From the NCBI GenBank assembly GCA_965215195.1, contig CBDCDC010000002.1, positions 1,056,001-1,120,000 on the forward strand: a stretch of DNA of 64,000 nt. The letters run 5' to 3'. Under the pieces are notes generated by a model. The model worked only from the letters and a program-made list of their open reading frames with translations, made no database searches and was not told the origin of the DNA. The translations under genes and the position numbers were made by a program. The DNA comes from Candidatus Latescibacterota bacterium (GTDB taxonomy: Bacteria > Latescibacterota > UBA2968 > UBA8231). Each line of letters begins with the position of its first letter. The stretch's first letter is position 1. Below, in pieces: positions 9,933-19,298 of this stretch.

Positions 9933-12900
9933 CTAGCGCACCAACACCATCCGCCGCACCAAGTCCCCCTTCGGCGTGGCCAAGCGCGCGATATAGACCC
10001 CACTCGCCAGATCGGCTCCGTCAAACCGCACCGCGTGGCTTCCAGCGTTCAGCACCTCGTTGACCGCGACGGCCACCCGCTGCCCTAAGAGATCGAAAAC
10101 CTCCAACCGCACCGCCATGCGCCCGGGGAGCACAAAGCGGATCTGAGCTGTCGGGTTAAAGGGATTGGGATAGGGCGGGTACAGAACGGCCGCACCGGGC
10201 ACCGGCCCTAGGCGCGGCTCAGCCATCTTTGCAGGGCCCGCAGGACGGGACACCCCCGGCCCCGCAAAGTCAATCCAATTGATATTGAACAAGCCGTCGT
10301 CACCCGGATTGCGCCGAAAGATGAAAAACAACTCGTGGGTGCCGCCCGGGTCCGCAATGGGTGCCGCCAAGTCGGCATAGACCTGCCAGTCGCCCGTACT
10401 GCCCACGCGCACCGTGCTGATCGGAGGCCCCCTCAGCGAATCAACGCGCACTTCGATGCGCCCCCCCAGCCCGGCCGAAGCCACCCGATAGTTGAGCGAC
10501 TCAATGCCCTGTAGATTCATCGGCGCAAAGGAAATCCAGTCGCCGTGGGCGATAAAGCCGATATTCTGCCCGCCGCCGGCCTCGTCTTGGGTCGTTTCTA
10601 ATAGTACTCCGCTCTGCTGCGTATAGTGCTCGGCTTGCTTGCGCTTGGGTTGCAGAATGTGGCCCGCCCTAGCGGTCAAAGGAGCCACTGACTCCGCGCC
10701 TCGGTCTGTATAGCGCGCCTCGATGGTATAAAACAAATCGTCGCCATCGCTGCCGTGCCCTGCCTCAGTCTGGAAGCTACCCCTGCAATCGCCGTATTCC
10801 TCAAGAGGGTGGCTGTGCTCGTCGTGGCCGATAAACGCTTGCAATATCACCGAGGCGCAGGCGGCGGTCCCGTCCTCCTCGTCAAAGGCCCGGATTTCAA
10901 AATCGACGACTTCTCCCCAGCTAAAAAAACCGCCGTCCGGGGGCCGCACGATTTCCACCTCGGGAACGGTATTGCCGACCGCGATAGGCACTTGGGCCAC
11001 GCCTTGATTGCCCTCGGCGTCCGAGACCGTTAGCTGGGCAATGTAGTCGCCGCTGACCTCGTAGGTGAAGACGACCTCGGGCCCGGTCGCGTCAATCTCG
11101 CCATCGCCGGTAAAATCCCAGGCGTAGTCTAGCACCGACCCCGGATCGGGATCAGAGGAACCGCGTCCCGAGAAATGCACTTCCAACGGCGCAGCACCGT
11201 TCGTGGGCGCAGCGTCAATGCGGGGCAGCGGCATCTGCGCACCGCGCACGTAGTCGATCCGCACCACTCGGGCGTCGTCGTTGTCGCCCCAGAAGCCGCT
11301 GCCCCATTCCAACACGTACAGGGCGCCATCGGGGCCGAACTGCATGGAGATGGGACGGATGAATTCCATACTGTCCAAAAAGGGATTGATTGTGAGGATG
11401 TTCCCGTCCTCGTCCAGCTTGACTTCTTTGATCCAGTTGCTGGCCCATTCGTACATAAAGAGCGTGCCGTCGTAGTACGCCGGCAGCTTCTTGCTACCGG
11501 CCGCAGCATCGTAGTAATACACCGGGCCGGCCAGCGCCGTGCGGCCGCTGTCGGCGGTGATGGCCGGGAACGAGGGCGAGGTGCCATACGGATACCAGAC
11601 CCACGCCGCCTGCGCCGGGGGCAGCGATTGCCGGCCCGTGTTGTTGGGCGACAGGTTCCTCAGTGCCCGGCAATTGAAGGGCCGGCCGGACCGGCCGGTG
11701 GCAAAATCGTAGGCCACATAGGGCAGGTTGTCGCCAATGCAGTAGGGCCAGCCGAAATTGCCGGCGGCCCGCGCCTGATTCCATTCATCTAGGCCAACTG
11801 GCCCCCGCTGCGGATCGGCTTGGCGGGCGTCGGGGCCAACATCGCCCCAGTAGAGCCAGCCGCTCTTGCGGTCAACCGACAGCCGGAAGGGGTTGCGCAC
11901 GCCCATGACATAGATCTCGGGCCGGCCTTGGCTGGCCGCGGCGAACAAATTGCCCGCGGGAATGCCGTAGCGGCCGTCGGCCTGGGGTTTGATGCGCAGG
12001 ATCTTGCCGCGCAGATCAGCACTGTTGGCTGCCGTGCGCTGGGCATCCCAATCGCGCCGGCCCGGACGCTCGTCCAACGGGCTGAACCCGTCCGCAGCAA
12101 AGGGGTTGGTATTATCGCCGACGCCGATATACAGGCTGCCGTCCGGGCCAAATGCCAGTGCCCCACCCGAGTGGCAGCACGTGCGCCGCTGGGTGGGAAT
12201 TTCCAGCAACACCACTTCGGAATCCACGACCAGTTCATCGCCATTTAACTCAAAGCGGGATACGTGCTGCTTGGCCGCTTGGCCGTGCGGCGAGTAAAAC
12301 AGGTAGAGCCAATTATTGCGGACAAAATCGGGATCTAAGGCGATGCCCAGCAGGCCGTCCTCAAAGTCGGTCGATACCGCTAGCTGCCCAACCAAGCGGG
12401 TCAATCCCAAATCGGGCCGATAGACCTTTAGCTCCCCCTTGCGCTCGATGAAGAACACGCGCCCGTCGTCGGCCACGGCCAAGTCAATGGGATTTTCGGC
12501 CTCGCTGTCGAGGACGACTTTTGCAAAATTGGCATCCAGCGTGGCCCCGCAATCGGCCGCGCTTACTCCTGAAGCGTACTCAATGCCGCCGAGGATATGC
12601 TGTAGAAACAGGGGCTCGCCGTAGCTTGCGCGGGTGTGACCTCCGCCGGTGTACCAAGATCGGCCCCCGTCGTAGGAGTGGCACCAAGCGATGGGGTGGT
12701 CAAAGCCGTGATTGCCGCCGTCGTAGGTGCTTTCGTCCAAAGTGGCCAAGACGTGGACGCGCCCGCGGGGATTGCGGCGGTAATTGTACCACTCGTCGCG
12801 CCGCTGCCAACGGGCGGACAAATGGTCCGTGGCCGGATGAACCCGGTCGGCCACCTGGATCTGGGCTTGCTGGATGGCCGGATGGCTGTCGAAATAGGCC

Positions 12901-13295
12901 CCCACCAAGTCGCCGTACCAAGCCCAGTCGTACTCGGTATCGGCCGCAGAGTGGATGCCCACAAAACCGCGGCCGCGGCGAATGTAGCGTTCAAAAGCCC
13001 GCTCTTGGTCTGCGGCCAGTACATCGCCGGTCGTGTTGAGGAAAATTACCGCCCGGTACGGTGCCAAGCCCTCGTCGGTGAAGCGACCCGCGTCTTCAGT
13101 GGCCGCAACGGCAAAACCGTTTTCCCGCCCCAAGGCTTGGATGGCGGCAATGCCGTCGGCAATGGAGTCGTGGCGGAAGCCGGCGGTTTTGGTAAAGACC
13201 AAGACGGTTACCTGCGGGTCGTCAAAGGGGCCTGCAAGGGCCGGGCCGCCAAGGACGACGAGCAACAGCGCAAAAGGCCAACGCGTAGTTTTCAA
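9933..13295 (-). CDS. Secreted ThuA + PQQ/glucose-sorbosone dehydrogenase + PKD + CBM6 protein with T9SS type-A-like CTD
   Basis: VLVFTKTAGFRHDSI (ThuA), CCHSGG and GVRNPFR (GSDH), YAWDFTGDG (PKD), TGDWQ...NINWIDF (CBM6), YPNPFNP...ASGVY (CTD). Confidence 0.9.
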   Translation of the reverse strand: MKTTRWPFALLLVVLGGPALAGPFDDPQVTVLVFTKTAGFRHDSIADGIAAIQALGRENGFAVAATEDAGRFTDEGLAPYRAVIFLNTTGDVLAADQERAFERYIRRGRGFVGIHSAADTEYDWAWYGDLVGAYFDSHPAIQQAQIQVADRVHPATDHLSARWQRRDEWYNYRRNPRGRVHVLATLDESTYDGGNHGFDHPIAWCHSYDGGRSWYTGGGHTRASYGEPLFLQHILGGIEYASGVSAADCGATLDANFAKVVLDSEAENPIDLAVADDGRVFFIERKGELKVYRPDLGLTRLVGQLAVSTDFEDGLLGIALDPDFVRNNWLYLFYSPHGQAAKQHVSRFELNGDELVVDSEVVLLEIPTQRRTCCHSGGALAFGPDGSLYIGVGDNTNPFAADGFSPLDERPGRRDWDAQRTAANSADLRGKILRIKPQADGRYGIPAGNLFAAASQGRPEIYVMGVRNPFRLSVDRKSGWLYWGDVGPDARQADPQRGPVGLDEWNQARAAGNFGWPYCIGDNLPYVAYDFATGRSGRPFNCRALRNLSPNNTGRQSLPPAQAAWVWYPYGTSPSFPAITADSGRTALAGPVYYYDAAAGSKKLPAYYDGTLFMYEWASNWIKEVKLDEDGNILTINPFLDSMEFIRPISMQFGPDGALYVLEWGSGFWGDNDDARVVRIDYVRGAQMPLPRIDAAPTNGAAPLEVHFSGRGSSDPDPGSVLDYAWDFTGDGEIDATGPEVVFTYEVSGDYIAQLTVSDAEGNQGVAQVPIAVGNTVPEVEIVRPPDGGFFSWGEVVDFEIRAFDEEDGTAACASVILQAFIGHDEHSHPLEEYGDCRGSFQTEAGHGSDGDDLFYTIEARYTDRGAESVAPLTARAGHILQPKRKQAEHYTQQSGVLLETTQDEAGGGQNIGFIAHGDWISFAPMNLQGIESLNYRVASAGLGGRIEVRVDSLRGPPISTVRVGSTGDWQVYADLAAPIADPGGTHELFFIFRRNPGDDGLFNINWIDFAGPGVSRPAGPAKMAEPRLGPVPGAAVLYPPYPNPFNPTAQIRFVLPGRMAVRLEVFDLLGQRVAVAVNEVLNAGSHAVRFDGADLASGVYIARLATPKGDLVRRMVLVR

Positions 13296-15250
13296 AACAT
13301 CCGAATCCTATTCCCGGTCATGCCCGTAAACCCATCGACGATCATCCAGAACCCCCCGGCCACGAACTGCCCCAGCACCATGCCGAGGAAAAACCACCGC
13401 GTCGCCTTGTACCCATTCGGGCCGGTGTACTTCAGCACGAGGGCCTTGACCAGCCACGCGAGGAAGATGCTGAACCAGACGCTGTTGAGGATCCAGGTGC
13501 CGCTGGCCAGATAGCCCAGCGGGTGGAAGGGCCACCACAAAAGGTGGTGCCGCGCCCAGATCAACAGGGCCATGATCGCCGCGCCGACCCCGTTCCACAG
13601 CCAGCCATCCCAATTGGGGCCGGTCGGATTGAGTGCGAAGTTTTGCGCGACGCGAAACGGCTCCTTGGCAAACCACGCCCACGAGCCGTGATAGTTGTTC
13701 GCGCCGTAGTGGTAGCTCAGCACGAGGATCGTGCAAACCCCGCCCACGAGGCCAATGGCCATGGCCAGCCCGATCATCGCGAGGATGCGGCGCTTGTACC
13801 GGCTCAGGCCGTGCAACATGCGAATGCCGTTGGCGCAGGGGGCCATCATAAAGACCAGCAGATCGCCGGCCCAAGCGAGGGTCATGCCCGTGGCCAGCAC
13901 CCCGGCCACCCCTAAGGACGAGGAGCCTACGCTAGAGATGAGAAAGCCGCAACCCGACATGCCCTGTACGGCCGCGGCCAAACCGGCTTCGACGATCATC
14001 CGCGTCAGGGCCAGAAAGATGACAAACGCCCCGAACAAATAGACGCAGACCGCCCACAGCGGCATCCCGGAGCGCCACAGCCACAGCGCCATGACGGCTA
14101 AACCCAGCGCAACCCCGAGGACGGCCGTGCGGTACGACATCAACTCCTCGCCATCGGACCGCCCTTCCCGCCGCCACAGGTGCTGCACCACGTGCCACAC
14201 GTGGACGCGCGCCGTCCACAGCCCCAAAAGCACCATGACGATCATCGCGCCCATGGTCTGGTGGCTCAACAGGCCCATGGTCGGCCCCTCAAAGGTGTGG
14301 CTGAAGATGTCGAGGTTCTCGGTGCTCAAAATGCCGACGCGGGTGAAGAGCACCTCCTCGGCTTTGACCAACAAGTAGAAAAACCACAGGCTGAAGGTGA
14401 TGTTGGCGTTGACCAGATAGGCCAGTCCCATCCACATGCAGTCGAAGCGCAGGTAAAACCGCACGGCGTCATGGGCCAGCGGCAGCGAGTACGCAAAGTT
14501 GAGGCGGCCGATGAATTCGTAGTAGTGGCTCAAGGCATTGACTCCGTGCAGGACAAACGGCACGGCTAGCCCCAGCCACATCGCGGGATTCTTGAGGAAG
14601 GGCTTGACCCGCGCCGGCGTGGCCGCGTCTTCGACCATGCCCAGCGGCACCTGTGTCAGCGGGTAGAGCAGCCGCTCGTGGTCCATCCACTGCCGCCGCA
14701 AGATGACCATCGCGCATACGACCACCACGTAGAACGCAGCCATGAACAGGAGCCACCACAAAAGCGGCTCCAGCCAAACGCCCCAAGGAATGGCCGCGCC
14801 CGCTGGCAGGCCCTCGTAAAAGCCCTGAATGGCCTCGGCGTCGTAGGGAATGAGCCAAGTGGGGACGTGCGGGAGGAGCAGGTCCTCCCAGTTGTTTGCC
14901 GGGCTGGCAAAGTAGAAGATGCCGGTCAGAATCGGCACGGCAATGCTGACAAAACCCCGCGCGGCAATGGCCGTGGTAATCATCATCATCACCGCAATGC
15001 TCAACAACTCGGCGCGGCTGAAAAGCCAGTCTTGCCGCACTAGGCCGAGCAGCGGCTGCACGAGGGCCACGAGCAAAAAGAGCAAGAAAAAGGCGGCCGG
15101 CGTCGATGAATTCAGCCCGAGCTGGGTGCCGTTGAGGACGAACTCCCCGTACGGCAGGCCCACGGCAATTGCGCCGCACAGCACGGCCCCCACGAGCACG
15201 GCGCGCAGGCTGATTCCGGCGCGGTGCGCGGATTTTTTAGCGGCATCCAC
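13292..15250 (-). CDS. DUF6785/DUF6784 family multi-pass membrane protein (putative transporter)
   Basis: Many TM helices; LRRQWMDHERLLYPL and WWPFHPLGY motifs. Confidence 0.75.
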   Translation of the reverse strand: MDAAKKSAHRAGISLRAVLVGAVLCGAIAVGLPYGEFVLNGTQLGLNSSTPAAFFLLFLLVALVQPLLGLVRQDWLFSRAELLSIAVMMMITTAIAARGFVSIAVPILTGIFYFASPANNWEDLLLPHVPTWLIPYDAEAIQGFYEGLPAGAAIPWGVWLEPLLWWLLFMAAFYVVVVCAMVILRRQWMDHERLLYPLTQVPLGMVEDAATPARVKPFLKNPAMWLGLAVPFVLHGVNALSHYYEFIGRLNFAYSLPLAHDAVRFYLRFDCMWMGLAYLVNANITFSLWFFYLLVKAEEVLFTRVGILSTENLDIFSHTFEGPTMGLLSHQTMGAMIVMVLLGLWTARVHVWHVVQHLWRREGRSDGEELMSYRTAVLGVALGLAVMALWLWRSGMPLWAVCVYLFGAFVIFLALTRMIVEAGLAAAVQGMSGCGFLISSVGSSSLGVAGVLATGMTLAWAGDLLVFMMAPCANGIRMLHGLSRYKRRILAMIGLAMAIGLVGGVCTILVLSYHYGANNYHGSWAWFAKEPFRVAQNFALNPTGPNWDGWLWNGVGAAIMALLIWARHHLLWWPFHPLGYLASGTWILNSVWFSIFLAWLVKALVLKYTGPNGYKATRWFFLGMVLGQFVAGGFWMIVDGFTGMTGNRIRMF

Positions 15251-15452
15251 TGGCCAAATTCCTCGCCAAATTTTCGGCTTTTAACTGCCGTTTAAGTATG
15301 TCTCTTGGCCGTCACCGTGTCCACTTAGGCCGCAAAATTGCGATCATTTTTTGGTTTGTGTCGCATAGTTGGCGATTGTATATCTAGTGCCGCTCTATTA
15401 GCTAGCTTGCAAAGGTTGCAAGTTCGCTCAAACCAACGAAAGGAGAGCACGC

Positions 15453-16379
15453 ATGAAGCTACTGATCGCCTGCGGCTTTGGCCTAGCCTTAATCGGGGCG
15501 GCAAACGCCCAGTTCAACGATCCGCCGGCCCTCGAAAATCGCAACGGTCGGCTCGGCTTTGAGTTTTACATGCTCGAAGTCCCCGATCCCAGCGCCATGA
15601 CGGCCGATGCCGACGCCAGCGACTGGGGTTGGTTCGATCCCGAGTACACCCTCACCATGGATGAGTGGCGCGACGAAGCGGATCGTCCCCTGCCCGAGCG
15701 CGACGACTACAACGTCACCACCTTCATGGGCTGGAAGGGCGGCGATGTCAACCGCTGGTACGTGCATATGGAAATTGTCGACGACATCCTCTGCCACTGG
15801 GGCACCAACGTCGAGCAATGGCACGCCGACATGATCGAGTTTTCCCTCGATCCGACGGATCACGGCCGCGAATTCGGCACTGGTTGGGTCATGGAATACA
15901 TCGCCCGTCCGGGCGACATGGTGCCGCCGCAGAACGTGCGCTATCGCTGGACCGGGCCGGACGGATGGCTGGAAAACAACGAGGTCATTGAGTTCGCCGT
16001 CCGCGTCGATCCGCCCGAAGCCTGGGCCGCTGAAGTGTGGACCGCCGGCGGAACCACGTATTACGAGTGGAACTACGAGGTCAAGAGGTTTATGGAAGAC
16101 GGCGGGCCGTCGGCCAGCGAGACCTTCCAGTTGGACTCCGTCGCCGGGGAAGACGGCGCGGGCCTAGCCTTCAACCTGTGGGCTGAGGACAGCGAGCCAA
16201 CAGAGGAAGATGGCGACCGCGCCTCTTCGGTGGTCAACGACATGACCACGCGCGGCCCCGAAGCCTCGGCGCGGCAGTACTACGCTCATGCTGCCCTGCT
16301 GCGCATCGGCGAGTACGCCGCCCAAACGGCCGTGGAAGAGTCAACTTGGGCGCAGATCAAGGATTCCTTTCACCGCTAA
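15453..16379 (+). CDS. Secreted acidic protein (CBM9/DOMON-like) with C-terminal TAVEESTWAQIK motif
   Basis: RBS aaggagag, signal peptide, DADASDW...GW..RWYV...DD pattern. Confidence 0.7.
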   Translation: MKLLIACGFGLALIGAANAQFNDPPALENRNGRLGFEFYMLEVPDPSAMTADADASDWGWFDPEYTLTMDEWRDEADRPLPERDDYNVTTFMGWKGGDVNRWYVHMEIVDDILCHWGTNVEQWHADMIEFSLDPTDHGREFGTGWVMEYIARPGDMVPPQNVRYRWTGPDGWLENNEVIEFAVRVDPPEAWAAEVWTAGGTTYYEWNYEVKRFMEDGGPSASETFQLDSVAGEDGAGLAFNLWAEDSEPTEEDGDRASSVVNDMTTRGPEASARQYYAHAALLRIGEYAAQTAVEESTWAQIKDSFHR

Positions 16380-16386
16380 ACCCCGC

Positions 16387-16426
16387 GGAGCGGCTTCGCG
16401 GCCAAACGCCGTCGCGGAGCCGCTCC
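16387..16426 (+). terminator. GC-rich hairpin downstream of 15453..16379
   Basis: ggagcggcttcgcg...cgcggagccgctcc; no U-tract. Confidence 0.4.
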
Positions 16427-16563
16427 ACACCACACACCCAGCGCAATTCCCCTTACAGGCGCGAATTAGCACTGGGCATCCTGTCCACTGACGACGCCGT
16501 AGGGCCTCTTCCCTATGTCGTGGACCGGAGCGGAACTTCTGCCCGTCTTAGAGAGATCGTCCA

Positions 16564-17283
16564 ATGCGCGGATGCTTATGGATCGCGGTGCTCATCTTCC
16601 TCGCCAGCGGCTGTGGGCGCTATTTCCCCCAGCCGCTGCGTCCCACGTCCCAACAGGCAGAGGGCATGACCGTCAATGACGACGGCTCGGTCACCTACGC
16701 GCTCGAGCGGCTGGCCATCACCCTCAAGCCGATGACCGATGCCGAACTCAACCGGCAATTCCCCCAAGCCTCAACCGGCGGTGCCGCTGCGGTCAACCCC
16801 TATACCTTTGGCGATTGGGCCGCGCCCGGCGACGACTGGACGCCTTCCCGCTTTATGGTGATGAAGCTCGGCGTTGCCAACTACCAGTTCCCCAAGGTCG
16901 TCATTGACCCCCTCAAGGCCGCGATCAAAGCGGCCAACAATCAAATCTACCGCGCCCTGAGCTACGCCGAGCTGTACGAATACTACCGAGCGTATTGGCA
17001 GGCCAACTCCGGCCAAGGCCGGCTCGAATTCAGGGCGCGCACCGACATTCTCAAGCAAACCATGTTTACTGATGCCTTCATCTTTAGCGGCCGCGACGAG
17101 GAAGGGTACATCGTCTTTCCCCGCTTGGACGACGAAGTAAAGCGCATTCGAGTGGAAATCTCCGACATCGCCATCCGCTTCAATTTCGAGAACGAACCCG
17201 TGGAGACCATTGACCTCAGCGTCTCTTTCGAGCGCGAGGTGCTCAAGGGGCACGCGCCCCATAGCGCGGTTCCGTTGAACTAA
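16564..17283 (+). CDS. Hypothetical lipoprotein
   Basis: Lipobox ASGC; first gene of the operon with the CTD proteins. Confidence 0.75.
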   Translation: MRGCLWIAVLIFLASGCGRYFPQPLRPTSQQAEGMTVNDDGSVTYALERLAITLKPMTDAELNRQFPQASTGGAAAVNPYTFGDWAAPGDDWTPSRFMVMKLGVANYQFPKVVIDPLKAAIKAANNQIYRALSYAELYEYYRAYWQANSGQGRLEFRARTDILKQTMFTDAFIFSGRDEEGYIVFPRLDDEVKRIRVEISDIAIRFNFENEPVETIDLSVSFEREVLKGHAPHSAVPLN

Positions 17284-17288
17284 TAATC

Positions 17289-19298
17289 ATGCGGCCCCAT
17301 TGCTCCCTTCCGCTTGGCCGATTCGCCGCCATCTGCATGATGGTAGGGCTGGGGGCGCGGCTAGGGCTGGCCGAGGTGCAAACATACCACATCGGCCGCG
17401 GCGGCTTGTCGTGGGCCTCTCAGGCGGACATCCAAAACGGAACCGTAGGAGTAGCAGGTGCGCTACAACCTCTGGAGCTGCGCAGCGGCCAGAACCTGAT
17501 GGACCTGCTGCGGGCCGCAGGTCAAACTTGGCTCAACGGCAGCCCCAGCGACTTTACCAAGCCCGGGCAACCGCGCACTTGGTCCAACGACGGCCCCTTC
17601 AACCAGATAAGCGGCCCCTTGCGGCTGGTTGACGGCGACCCTGCCACCTCGTCAGAAGGCGCATTCAGAACGGCGCGCAACCAAGCCGGGGCCACGTTTT
17701 TCTGGGATCTCGGCGCTCCTTTTCCCATAGACCGCGTGCGCTTCGCGCCAGCGCCTAGTGAACTAGATTGGTTTATCAAGGCATTTGAACTGCGGGTGAG
17801 CGATGGCGAGCAGTTTGACGAAGTCAAGCGGCCGGTCTATCGCCTGCTGAGCCGCGTCGAGGACAACGACAACCCAGTGGTCGAGCTTTCCTTCGATGGA
17901 GTGCAGGGGCGCTTTCTGCGGCTCAAGGTGCTCTCGCGCAATCCCTTCAACCTCGCGGAATTCGAGGTGTACGGCGAGGGATTCGTGCCCGTGTCTAGCT
18001 ATGTCTCGCAGCTTCATTCCTTTGGGCGGCCCGTGAATTTCGGGCGGCTCGTGGTGCAGGCCGAGCGGCTGAGTCGCGGCGCAGCAGGCGACACCGCGAG
18101 CGTGCGCTTGCAGGTACGCAGCGGTATGGACGACACGCCCATAGCCTATTTTCGCCGCGACCGCGACACGGGCGTCCGCGAAGAAATATCCCTGTCCGAG
18201 TACAACAATCTGCCCAGACGCGCCTTGTACCGCCGCGATCCCGCTACGGGCGCCGTGCTAGCAGAAGTGACGAGAACCGAGTATCTCTCGCTGCCGTTGG
18301 CCGAGGTCGGGCCAGCGCGCGACTTTGTGCAGGCTGGCATCCGCGCAGACGTGGAGAATTGGAGCGGCTGGACCCGGCCGCTGCAACTCGATTCGTCGGG
18401 CACGGTCGTCGTGCCGTTGGATCTGCCCAGCCCGCGCGAATTCTTGCAGTTCCGCATCTTTTTTAATGGACGCGCGGCCAGCACCATGCGCCTCGATAGC
18501 TTGGTGGTGGAGTTTGCTCCCGGGCTGGTCAGCGCGGCCGTCGGCGAGGTCGCGCTGGCCGCCGATCCCAACCCCGCCGACGGCGTATTGGCCGTTCCGA
18601 GTGGAGTCGATACTTCCTTTGTCTGCGACATCCTCACCCAATTCGACGAAGGCGATCTAGCGGGCTTTCGCGGCCTCGCGCTCACCGCCTTTCCGCCGCC
18701 GGTGTTTGAGCGGCTGCAAATGGGCGATCCCCTCGTGGAGGTCGCCGACGTGGAGGTCCAGCCTATTGCCGAGGGCTTCCACGTCTTTTTCCCGCCGGTG
18801 ACGCGCCAAAACAACCAGCCTATGCGGCTGACCTTTAGGCTGCAGCTGCTGGAGTACCACACGCCGCTGAACGCCTTTTTGCTCGGCGACGGCCATGTGC
18901 CGCCGCATCCGATTGTGGCCGGCAATGCCAGTGCCGAGGTGGGTACGGGATCCATCCATATTTTCGCCGCAAGCGCCACGCCCTCAGTCGAGGCCCACCT
19001 CTCGACCTCGGTGTTCACGCCCAACGGCGATGGGGTCAACGACGAGGTCGAAGTCGCCGCAGTGCTGGCGCAATTTGCCGGCGAGGTGCTGCTGGCCATT
19101 GAAATTTTTGACCTTTCCGGCCGCCGCGTGCGAAAGCTGAGTGCCGCGCCCCGGGCCGCGGGGGCCTATCGCGCAACGTGGGACGGACGCGATGGGACCG
19201 GCGCAAGAGTCGCGCCGGGTTTGTACCTATGTCGGATTGGGGTGGGCTCGGATGTCGCCTCAACCACCGAGACCCAGCTCATAGGAGTAGCGCATTGA
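17289..19298 (+). CDS. Secreted discoidin-like + FlgD-Ig/CTD protein
   Basis: Signal peptide; LVDGDP...WDLG...AEFEVYGEGF; FTPNGDGVND...WDGRD...PGLY. Confidence 0.85.
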   Translation: MRPHCSLPLGRFAAICMMVGLGARLGLAEVQTYHIGRGGLSWASQADIQNGTVGVAGALQPLELRSGQNLMDLLRAAGQTWLNGSPSDFTKPGQPRTWSNDGPFNQISGPLRLVDGDPATSSEGAFRTARNQAGATFFWDLGAPFPIDRVRFAPAPSELDWFIKAFELRVSDGEQFDEVKRPVYRLLSRVEDNDNPVVELSFDGVQGRFLRLKVLSRNPFNLAEFEVYGEGFVPVSSYVSQLHSFGRPVNFGRLVVQAERLSRGAAGDTASVRLQVRSGMDDTPIAYFRRDRDTGVREEISLSEYNNLPRRALYRRDPATGAVLAEVTRTEYLSLPLAEVGPARDFVQAGIRADVENWSGWTRPLQLDSSGTVVVPLDLPSPREFLQFRIFFNGRAASTMRLDSLVVEFAPGLVSAAVGEVALAADPNPADGVLAVPSGVDTSFVCDILTQFDEGDLAGFRGLALTAFPPPVFERLQMGDPLVEVADVEVQPIAEGFHVFFPPVTRQNNQPMRLTFRLQLLEYHTPLNAFLLGDGHVPPHPIVAGNASAEVGTGSIHIFAASATPSVEAHLSTSVFTPNGDGVNDEVEVAAVLAQFAGEVLLAIEIFDLSGRRVRKLSAAPRAAGAYRATWDGRDGTGARVAPGLYLCRIGVGSDVASTTETQLIGVAH

